This document shows, piece after piece, positions 55,811 through 64,000 of a stretch of 64,000 bases of DNA (positions are counted from its first letter, which is position 1; every line of letters starts with the position of its first letter). The stretch is from positions 1,736,001-1,800,000 of the forward strand of contig SMSO01000035.1 of the NCBI GenBank assembly GCA_004764695.1, in the 5' to 3' direction. Below the pieces are notes generated by a model. That model worked only from the letters and a program-made list of their open reading frames with translations. It ran no database searches and was not told the DNA's origin. The position numbers and the translations under genes were made by a program. This DNA is from Schizochytrium sp. TIO01. Taxonomy: Eukaryota; Protista; Bigyra: Labyrinthulomycetes.

Positions 55811-57484
55811 ATGAAGTTAGGCAAATCTAAGAGAAGATCTGGCCTCTTCACCAAGAGGCTTTTTACTAGCGTACTAGTTCTTCTCATGAGCTTGGACAAC
55901 CTTGCCGGTGTAGCTGCTGTTGCAAAGCCGAACGTGTTGTATGTGCTTTTTGATGACCTGCGACCAACAGTAGGGTCATATGATGATGATGTTGCAAAAA
56001 CTCCCTATTTGGATGCATTTTTTGCTCAGAGCGTTCAATTTGATAACATGCATTCGAGTAAAGCAGAATGTGCCCCGTCACGCGCGTCAATGATGGCTGG
56101 GCAAAGGCCTGATCGCATTCGAATCTGGGATTTTAAACCGAAATTCCGTAAAAACAATCCGAAACTGGTCACATTACCTGGTCATTTCCGGAAAGCTGGA
56201 TACCGCACTGTCATGGTTGGCAAAGTATACGATAATCGAAGCTTTTACAAGACGTCAAAAAAGGGAACCAAGACGGTGAAGCCTGCTCCTGACTTGTGTA
56301 ATACTAAGAGGCCTAAAAAGGAGTGCTCGTGGGACTCTGGTATTGTTAAACAGGCTATCCAAGTAAACCAAAATGATATGTGTCAAAACAACGGTACAGA
56401 GTATTTCCCTGGATCAGGTGCATCTGATCCATATGACCAACATCTACATTTGGCCTACTCATATGATGACGCTTTTCAATCTAAAGATCAAGATTATTGT
56501 GTAACCTCAGTTGCGATTCAGCAGCTTGAGACTCTTGCCGCTGCAGGAGAGCCGTTTTTCTTGGCTGTAGGCATTGTCAAACCCCATCTCCCATGGGTTA
56601 GACCACAATCCATTGCCGACCATTTTGCTGCACTTCCCGATAGCGATTTTGAAGTTCCTTCGTACAATTCTACTTACTGGAAAGATACACATGTTCGTTG
56701 GTCCAAATCCAACAGCGCAGAACTTAGTTCTTATGATGACTATGCATCTTACTCGGATGTTGATCGTGTCCGTGGATATTATGGAGCCACAACATTTGCT
56801 GATGAGCAATTTGGCCGTTTATTAGGCGCTCTCGACGCCATGCCGATTGCCAACAACACTTTTGTTATTGTGTGGGGAGATCATGGATTTCATCTAGGAG
56901 ACCGGGATTTGTGGGGCAAAAAAACAATCTTTGATCAGGCCACCCGCGTTCCCTTCGGAATTCGGCCTGCTGAAACATGGTTAGCTGATAATCAAGATGT
57001 CGCAAACAATGGAATTGGGGCGCGGGTCTTAGCGCCCACTGATTCTGTAGATATTTTGCCCACATTGCTTGATTTATGCAATATTGACCTTCCTTCGCTT
57101 TCAGATCGTGCTGGGGCTTCAATGGTTCCCTTAATGCGCAATCCAGCAGGTTCTATTCGAGCTGCTGCAATCTCGCAGTACGAGGCATATTCTGTCAGAA
57201 ACTACATGGGCTATTCTATTCGTAGCAGCAATTACCGGCTCGTTCTTTACGCCAAGGAAAGGAAATTGAACAGTAAGAACCGCAAAGTTCTTCCTTACAA
57301 AAAGAGCGTGGACTCAAGCCGTCTTGCTCTATATTACTATGACGAACCCGGCCAAATTGAGCTCGTAAATCATGTTAACGACCCGACACATGCAGCAGCA
57401 TATGCAGAGCTTTTGCAGCTCTTCAAGCAGAATAAGGATCGCGATTGGACTCATCTAATTGGTGTCAAACCTTTTGACCTTTGA
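55811..57484 (+). CDS. Secreted formylglycine-dependent sulfatase (iduronate-2-sulfatase-like), copy 1
   Basis: Signal-peptide-like N-terminus, PNVLYVLFDDLR, CAPSRASMMAG (CxPxR), PFFLAVGIVKPHLPW, GDHGFHLGD, WGKKT. Confidence 0.93.
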   Translation: MKLGKSKRRSGLFTKRLFTSVLVLLMSLDNLAGVAAVAKPNVLYVLFDDLRPTVGSYDDDVAKTPYLDAFFAQSVQFDNMHSSKAECAPSRASMMAGQRPDRIRIWDFKPKFRKNNPKLVTLPGHFRKAGYRTVMVGKVYDNRSFYKTSKKGTKTVKPAPDLCNTKRPKKECSWDSGIVKQAIQVNQNDMCQNNGTEYFPGSGASDPYDQHLHLAYSYDDAFQSKDQDYCVTSVAIQQLETLAAAGEPFFLAVGIVKPHLPWVRPQSIADHFAALPDSDFEVPSYNSTYWKDTHVRWSKSNSAELSSYDDYASYSDVDRVRGYYGATTFADEQFGRLLGALDAMPIANNTFVIVWGDHGFHLGDRDLWGKKTIFDQATRVPFGIRPAETWLADNQDVANNGIGARVLAPTDSVDILPTLLDLCNIDLPSLSDRAGASMVPLMRNPAGSIRAAAISQYEAYSVRNYMGYSIRSSNYRLVLYAKERKLNSKNRKVLPYKKSVDSSRLALYYYDEPGQIELVNHVNDPTHAAAYAELLQLFKQNKDRDWTHLIGVKPFDL

Positions 57485-58117
57485 TATCCTCTGAGATCCT
57501 CCTATTCTTTCTCGCTCTTTGGAGATTCTGAACCCCATTTCATCGGCAAGCTTTACCGTTTGTCTCCATGCAAACCAGAGAGAGGAGGTTTTGTTAGAAG
57601 CTAGATGTCTGCGCTGTGACATTTCCGAGATTTAAGATGTTAGTAATAATCACACATGATAAATAATAATATCATGAAAACGAATTTAATTGCAATCTTT
57701 CCAAACCCATCTTGGCAGCACTTATCCTCCTGAGGTCAGAAAATGGTTAAACATCACAGAAAGTACTCAGAAAAGAGCGCCATCGCGGTGTGACCTCCCC
57801 AGGGCATCCTTTGGAATTAATTGCTCATCACATCACGGTACAACCATTTGACCCACTTCCCACGGGGAGCTCCATACTTTTATCGCATAAAAATAGGTGT
57901 CAGAAAAGGCATCTCTGACCAGTAATAGCCAAGAACTGCGACGAGTGCCCTCATACTATGGTTTGCGCATCCACCAAATCAGCTTAAGGTGCTAAGCCAC
58001 CAAACCCACTCCTGCAAATGCTCCTGACAATAGAAGCACGCGCAAAATGCAGTGCTGGCCGGTTGGCTCCTGAAATTTGCAGTTCAGTGGCTCCTCTGTT
58101 AACGGATGGCCTCTTTT

Positions 58118-58123
58118 TCAATC

Positions 58124-58155
<32 letters not shown>
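58118..58155. repeat. (TCAA)n microsatellite
   Basis: Read directly. Confidence 0.88.
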
Positions 58156-58158
<3 letters not shown>

Positions 58159-58845
58159 AGAGGTTTTATTACTGTTAGTTACATTAGGATCATTGTTTTT
58201 TTAGTTTCTGATTTTTTATTTAAAAGAAACCATAGAAGAATATTTCTTTTTAATTTAAAAAGAGCTCCTGCAGACGCTCTTTTTTTGGTCGCAGCAGTTG
58301 TTCTCACGAGTGCTGAGAGCACTACTGAGAAGAAGAAGCCTGTGCTCAGGCAATCTTTCTTGCACAGGGCCTGCCCACCATTGCACATCTTTGCACGCAC
58401 GCTGCACCACGATGACCTGGAGGAGGTAGATAAACAGATACCTGCCTAGTTGTTGGAATGCTTGGTGAGATTGGTGTGCAAGCAATCCTCCGCGTACCAC
58501 ATTTTATTTGTTAGAACAAGTAAACGAGTCAATCAATCGAGAAATCAGAAACGATAAATCAATAGGAGAGCGTTGACAGGAATCCATCTGCGCTCACTGC
58601 GCCTCCTACTTGATAGTGAGTGCCATTGTTTCCACAAGAAGGACAAACCCGAGGCCTTGAAACAAAAGGCGGGGAACCTGACTGAGGACGAGCAGGATTC
58701 TTCGCATGCCGTTTCCTTTTGTAAAATAGCGAGGCAGTTTGTAGATTGAAAGACGAGATCATTCGTACCACAAAAAGGAAATAAAACACCGTACTAGGCA
58801 CTAGGAACCCATTAGCACCATGGCACGGACCACGGACCTCCACAT

Positions 58846-58891
58846 TGTTTATTTATTTGTTTGTTTTGTTTGTTTGTTTGTTTATTTGTTT
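58846..58891. repeat. (TTTG/TTTA)n microsatellite upstream of sulfatase copy 2
   Basis: Read directly. Confidence 0.85.
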
Positions 58892-59042
58892 ACCTCTCTA
58901 GAGAGCTAATGTTGGAATTTTTAAAGAAAGAAGTAAGGTGTCAGGTTAGATAATAACATACGAACGGATGTAGAACAACTTGAACGGAGTGGAGAATCAG
59001 CTCTGCATCAAGCAAAACCCAAACCAGAGCCTCTCCTGCAAC

Positions 59043-60767
59043 ATGGGGAGTAGGAAAGGCTGCAGCATCATGGGAAGAATGACAACAATACGAAAGCTGC
59101 GAGCGAGATTTGTCGCAGGGCTGCTATGTGTATTGAGTATTGCCTCGCAGATCAGAACGGCTCGGGGAGCTGCCACAAACCCTGAAACACCCAATGTGCT
59201 TCTAATCATCTTTGATGATCTGCGCACAACAGTGGGGGCCTACAATGATTCTGTGGCGTGGACACCCAATTTGGATGCATTCTTTGCGGAAAGCGTACAG
59301 TTTAACAACATGCATGCCTCGAAATCTGAGTGTGCGCCTTCGCGTGTTTCGATGCTGGCTGGACAGCGCCCCGATCGGCTTCGAATCTGGAGCTTTGAGC
59401 CTAAATTTCGCACTTACAACCCGTCTGTTGTAACATTACCAGGGCATTTCCTCAAGGCAGGCTATCGTGCAGTTGCGCTAGGTAAAATTTATGATAATCG
59501 GAGCTTTTACTCAAGCAGCAGTGACGAAAAGGATGAGAATGTTAAGATTGTCAGGCCTGTGGCTGACATTTGCACAGATGAAGACCCTGATGCTGAGTGC
59601 TCATGGAGCTCTGGAGTTTCGAAACAAACTGTCCAAGTTAACACGGATAACATTTGTAATAACAACGGCACTGAAATGTTTCCTGGATCTGGAGAAAATC
59701 CTTATGCTCAACACGCTCACATCATTTATAACTATGCTGACGAGCTTATTAAAAAAGACATGGATTATTGCATGGGTTCCCTAGCTGTTGCTCAGCTTCA
59801 AGAGCTTGCTGAGGGCGATGATCCTTTCTTTTTGGCTGTTGGAATTGCCAAACCTCACCTTCCATGGGTTGTTCCCCAATCTATTGCCAACCATTATGGT
59901 AACATTTCTGACGCTGAGTTTGAGCCTACCTCGTATCCATCATCGTACTGGAAAAGCAAGCATTTGAAATGGTCACATGCTCCAAACAAAGAGCTGGAAT
60001 CTTATACTGGATGGAATTCAGTTTCTGTAGCTGATAGGGCGCGAGGCTACTATGGGGCTGTTTCTTTTGGCGATCAACAAGTTGGGCGAATTCTTACCCA
60101 GTTAGATTCTCTTGAAGCTGCCAATAATACGTTTGTTGTGTTCTGGGGCGACCATGGCTTCCATTTGGGTGATCGTGACCTCTGGGGCAAAAAGACGGTT
60201 TTTGAGCAGAGCACCCGTGTTCCTTTTGGTATTCGTCCCTCTGCAAACTGGCTTGCTGCGAACCCTGATGCTGCCACAAATGGAATCGGAGCAAAAGTCC
60301 AAGCACCGACTGATTCTGTTGATATTTTGCCAACTATCTTGGACCTTTGTAATTTAACAATACCTGCTCAGACTGAGCGTGCAGGTACATCATTAGTACC
60401 TCTCATGAAAGATCCGACATCATATGTCAGATCAGCTGCAGTATCTCAGTTCGAAGCCTATGGATCAAAATCTCGGCGAGGTTACTCTATTCGCAGTACA
60501 AACTACCGCCTGATTGTTTACCTGCCCAAGTATAAGGTTTACAAGAGTTCTCCAACATCTCTTCCTTACCGTAACAAAACAACCAAAGCCAGGCAGGCAC
60601 TGTTTTATTATGAAACTCCAGGTCAGGTTGAGCTCGTAGACCGTATTAATAGTGCAGCTCATGCAACAGCGTATAAAGACTTGTTAAAACTATATACCCA
60701 GAATGCAGATCGGGATTGGACTCACCTCATTGGTGTTGAGCCTTTCGACCACCCATCTAATCGCTAA
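59043..60767 (+). CDS. Secreted formylglycine-dependent sulfatase (iduronate-2-sulfatase-like), copy 2, tandem paralog
   Basis: PNVLLIIFDDLR, CAPSRVSMLAG, PFFLAVGIAKPHLPW, GDHGFHLGD; collinear with copy 1 through DRDWTHLIGV. Start could be ATG 59043, 59070 or 59079. Confidence 0.93.
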   Translation: MGSRKGCSIMGRMTTIRKLRARFVAGLLCVLSIASQIRTARGAATNPETPNVLLIIFDDLRTTVGAYNDSVAWTPNLDAFFAESVQFNNMHASKSECAPSRVSMLAGQRPDRLRIWSFEPKFRTYNPSVVTLPGHFLKAGYRAVALGKIYDNRSFYSSSSDEKDENVKIVRPVADICTDEDPDAECSWSSGVSKQTVQVNTDNICNNNGTEMFPGSGENPYAQHAHIIYNYADELIKKDMDYCMGSLAVAQLQELAEGDDPFFLAVGIAKPHLPWVVPQSIANHYGNISDAEFEPTSYPSSYWKSKHLKWSHAPNKELESYTGWNSVSVADRARGYYGAVSFGDQQVGRILTQLDSLEAANNTFVVFWGDHGFHLGDRDLWGKKTVFEQSTRVPFGIRPSANWLAANPDAATNGIGAKVQAPTDSVDILPTILDLCNLTIPAQTERAGTSLVPLMKDPTSYVRSAAVSQFEAYGSKSRRGYSIRSTNYRLIVYLPKYKVYKSSPTSLPYRNKTTKARQALFYYETPGQVELVDRINSAAHATAYKDLLKLYTQNADRDWTHLIGVEPFDHPSNR

Positions 60768-61459
60768 TCGCTAACCTATACAGTTCCCAATTGAAATGAA
60801 ATTGCAGGTTGATCATTTTTGCAATATAATCTGAATTGTTTGAAATGTTAATGTATAACAATCTTCAGCACATGATCTAGATTCGTTAAGTTTGCAATTT
60901 TTTGAATCTATAAATTTCCTTTAAGCATCTCTCTTTTACCTATGCCTTTCAAACTTTGAAGACGTTCACTACACCATAGTTTGCTGTACACTAAAATCAT
61001 GCATGGTTTATGTGGTTCTTAATTTCGTTTCACTTCTACTGGCACAGCCACTTCACTGAAACTTGTTGCTTCAGTTGAACGAATGAATTTCTAACGCCAA
61101 TTCAGAGACAGTGAAGTAATCACAAACTTAAACTAAGCAGCGCGACATACTTACATATTAACTGCATGCCTTTGAGAGAACAAGCTCATGATTAAAATGC
61201 ATAGAGGCAGAACTTGTTTAAAGTTTACTATTTTTAATTTATTTAATAGTAATGAGAATACATGATAATAAAGGAAAAGAATAAATCTTTGTCTTCACAA
61301 GAAGAACTTTCCCTTGTCACTCCAAACCCCAAACCACATCGCGGCTTCTTCGTGCGTAAGACTCTGCCGAAGCAGCTTTTGTGGAAATAGTGCAATTGTT
61401 AGCGTCCCCTCAGCTTAAAAGTCGAGCAGCCGGCCTCGAGGACCAACCTCTCAGCTAGG

Positions 61460-62209
61460 ATGGGCGGCATGTTTAGCAAAAAGGGCGATTCTGCGCCACC
61501 AGCCCAACGCGCTCGAGGAGCAGGAGCTGCAAACGGAGTTGCCGCAAGCAAACCGAAGCCCGAGATGTCCGTGAAGGATCGTGCTTTGCTAGATCTCAAG
61601 GTGGCGCGAGACCGGCTCGACAAGGCCCGAAAGAAGCACGAACACGAGAAGCAGGTTTATGTGGAAAAGGCTCGCGAACTGCTCAGAGACAAGAAAAAGG
61701 ACCAGGCAAAACTTGCGCTGCGCTTGAAGAAAATGCGCGAAGTACAACTTGCCAAAGTTAATGACCAGTTCTTTAACCTTGAGAAAATGGTCAATGACGT
61801 CGAATGGGCTCAACACCAGGTGGAGATTGTCGAGGGTATGAAGGCTGGTAACAAGGCACTCAAGGAGCTCCAGCTTGACCCTGATGAGGTCAGTGAGATC
61901 ATGGCAGATACCCAAGAAGCGATGGACCGCCAACGTGAGATTGATGACATTCTTAACGAGCAGCTTAACCCAGAGGACGAGAATGATGTGCTTAAGGAGC
62001 TCGACGCCATTGAACAGCAGGAGGCTGACATCCTCGCAGAATCTCTGCCTACTGCACCATCGGATAACCTTGAGGACAAGCTTCCTACAGCACCGACCGA
62101 TCCTGTGCGCCCGGACAATGTGCAGGTGGAAACAACCCAGCAGACTCAAGCTCAAGGCCAGCAGGCAGTAAAGGCTAATGCTGAGGAGCGCGAGGCAGTC
62201 CTAGCTTAA
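61460..62209 (+). CDS. VPS20: ESCRT-III subunit CHMP6/Vps20
   Basis: N-myristoylation start MGGMFSKK, KDRALLDLKVARDRL, AKLALRLKK, GMKAGNKALKEL, acidic Snf7-family C-terminus with LPTAP motifs. Confidence 0.9.
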   Translation: MGGMFSKKGDSAPPAQRARGAGAANGVAASKPKPEMSVKDRALLDLKVARDRLDKARKKHEHEKQVYVEKARELLRDKKKDQAKLALRLKKMREVQLAKVNDQFFNLEKMVNDVEWAQHQVEIVEGMKAGNKALKELQLDPDEVSEIMADTQEAMDRQREIDDILNEQLNPEDENDVLKELDAIEQQEADILAESLPTAPSDNLEDKLPTAPTDPVRPDNVQVETTQQTQAQGQQAVKANAEEREAVLA

Positions 62210-62634
62210 ATCTGGTCATTGAATCATCCTTCTGCAAACATTACTGGGGTTTCGAGCCTACTTTCTTTACACACCCGTGGCACGTCCTGTAGATCATGTA
62301 GCAGCGATTCGTTCTTTGTATATGGATTTCTTCGCAGGCCAGATTCTTAACCTTATTCAGAAATGATCTAAGACCATCAAATGCGGTTATGCAATGTTAT
62401 TGCCTTAGGCGGCAATGCGAAATTTATACGAACTATTTTGGTTGCTCTTGAACAGCGCGGAAACTTTCAATAATCATTATAAAGAATCAACACAAATCGT
62501 AAAGTCCTTGCGGAGACACGCAATTTTGAAAGGAGCAAATAAAAAAAAAAACACCATAGCGAGAATGTTAGTATCGCCCTTGCGACCAACAGTCACCTCA
62601 CCATCAACAAATATATTTTTCTTTATAGGAGATT

Positions 62635-63495
62635 TTAGAATTTTAGCTGTACCCCATCTTTTGATATGTCAACAAGACCGAGACTGCGTAAGCACTGCAG
62701 CACGCAAGCACCTGTGTGGCCTACCACTTTCGCCCCCATACCATCAAGCTCTTTGATGGACAATGGTTTAACGGCAGCTTGCGCGCGCCCTCCACGACGC
62801 CGATTCGGTCCGCGTTGTTTACCTTGTTGTTTTTCTTTGTGAGCGACAATGATACTGAGAGTGCGTTGGACATCGGAGAGGCGCGCTCGGCCACGAATTG
62901 ATTCAGGGAGTGCGGCAAACGCATCGGCATCAACTGTGTATGTAAGTTGTGCAGCATCCTCCTCTTCTTCTTCTTGGGTATCTTGCTCAGGCCCATCTTC
63001 GGCAATATTCTCTAAATCATGTTGTGCTGCAGCGCGCACAGCAACATCCAGATCTGTTCTCGATGATATTACATTTGCATTTAACTCCGCTTGTGTTGCT
63101 GGCGAAATAAAGTAACCTTTCCAGGATGCATTTGACGATTCAAAGAGCTCATTAATTTGAGCCTGAGCATTACGCGCAGCGTCAAGAGCCTCTGCAGGTT
63201 CACCAGACATTGCAAGGCCTTGAAGTGCATCCGCTACAGCATTACCTTGGTATTGATGTATGTCACTAGTCTGATCCCAAGATTGAGTATACATCTCATC
63301 GACAAGCTCTTGCTTGACCTTGGCAAGTAATTGCACACGTTCTTGCACTCTCGCGCAGCGATCTTGGAGTACTGCTAGACGGTCAAGTAAAACAACAGGA
63401 TTTTGATTTGCCTTACCATAGGCAGGCTCAAGAGCTTTTCGGAGGATTGTGCGCGCTTCCGTCAAACGATCCTGCTGTGCAGATATTGTATCCAT
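62635..63495 (-). CDS. Spindle and kinetochore-associated protein, Ska2-like N-terminus plus Ska1-like winged-helix C-terminus
   Basis: NPVVLLDRLAVLQ...LLAKVKQELVD resembles the Ska2 coiled coil. VDADAFAALPESIRGRARLSDV resembles the Ska1 microtubule-binding domain start (F..IP.YMRGR). Confidence 0.72.
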   Translation of the reverse strand: MDTISAQQDRLTEARTILRKALEPAYGKANQNPVVLLDRLAVLQDRCARVQERVQLLAKVKQELVDEMYTQSWDQTSDIHQYQGNAVADALQGLAMSGEPAEALDAARNAQAQINELFESSNASWKGYFISPATQAELNANVISSRTDLDVAVRAAAQHDLENIAEDGPEQDTQEEEEEDAAQLTYTVDADAFAALPESIRGRARLSDVQRTLSIIVAHKEKQQGKQRGPNRRRGGRAQAAVKPLSIKELDGMGAKVVGHTGACVLQCLRSLGLVDISKDGVQLKF

Positions 63496-64000
63496 GGTTC
63501 TTTCTTCAGTGGTTGTAGTTCTTTAAATTGCTAGAAGCGCCGACTTTGATCTTGAGATTTCACTTATCAATGCCAGTTTCTTGAAGGGCCCAAAGTATTA
63601 AGCCTCCAACTTGTATGGAAGTCAAGAATAGTGTGTTGAGATCACCCTGGTTCCGTAGTAGTATACTTTTCGAAGCGCCTGCCTGCGCTCTCTGTTTTGG
63701 CCAAAATGAACTTAAGTATTATGGCGGTGGTGAGCCCACAATGTGCAATGCCTGCTAGCTCTTGCCAAGTTTCTCGAATCCAAGGTTGTTAAAAAAGTGC
63801 TTGTAGAGGAGTGCAAGCAGCTGCCTTTCTTAGCAGACGTCCGTCACCACCGCCAAAACTCCCTACAAAAGTGGTTTGAGAAGCACACTCGTACGCCCGT
63901 TCGAGCGGCGGTTTTGCACAAAACAAAGACTCTTCTTCAAAACTCAAAAAAAACTATAAAACTAAAACTAAAACTACTTTCTTTTCAAGCTACTCAGGGT

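Noticed and set aside
63940-63980. (AAAACT)n near the window end as a telomere
   Set aside because: Only about three degenerate copies and not a TTAGG(G)-type array.
1-64000. CRISPR array, rRNA, intact transposase or reverse transcriptase
   Set aside because: No repeat-spacer array, rRNA-conserved blocks, DDE or RT motifs, or terminal repeats were seen.

Overview
Eukaryotic, gene-dense window with 17 well-supported protein-coding genes, each readable as a single uninterrupted ORF. Several have candidate introns in the 5' leader only. The gene style (intronless CDSs, tetranucleotide microsatellites in promoters, stramenopile-type proteins) suggests a thraustochytrid/labyrinthulomycete such as Aurantiochytrium or Schizochytrium; this is inference, not verified. 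Genes in order: a myosin with a C-terminal hydrophobic hairpin, a PARP3-like enzyme with WGR-WWE-WGR architecture, an Eps15-like EH protein, a DDT/WHIM chromatin factor with AT-hooks, an MFS transporter, an ArsS-like radical SAM protein, an orphan His/Pro-rich basic protein, EMC2, an unknown protein with a helical (possibly BAR-like) C-terminus, a BART/CFAP36-like protein, MLH3, a BSD-domain protein, an ankyrin-SAM protein, two tandem secreted iduronate-sulfatase-like sulfatases, CHMP6/Vps20 and a Ska2-like protein. Several spacers contain decayed coding relics, including one resembling a Bro-N-associated large-DNA-virus gene that sits behind host-type splice acceptors. Short TAGG/CCTA/GGTACC-rich palindromic patches recur at promoter and relic boundaries. 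No rRNA, tRNA, CRISPR array or intact transposon was found. The most notable candidates are the putatively membrane-anchored myosin, the viral-like relic, the TAGGTACCTA patches flanking C-to-T-decayed relics, and the PARP architecture.
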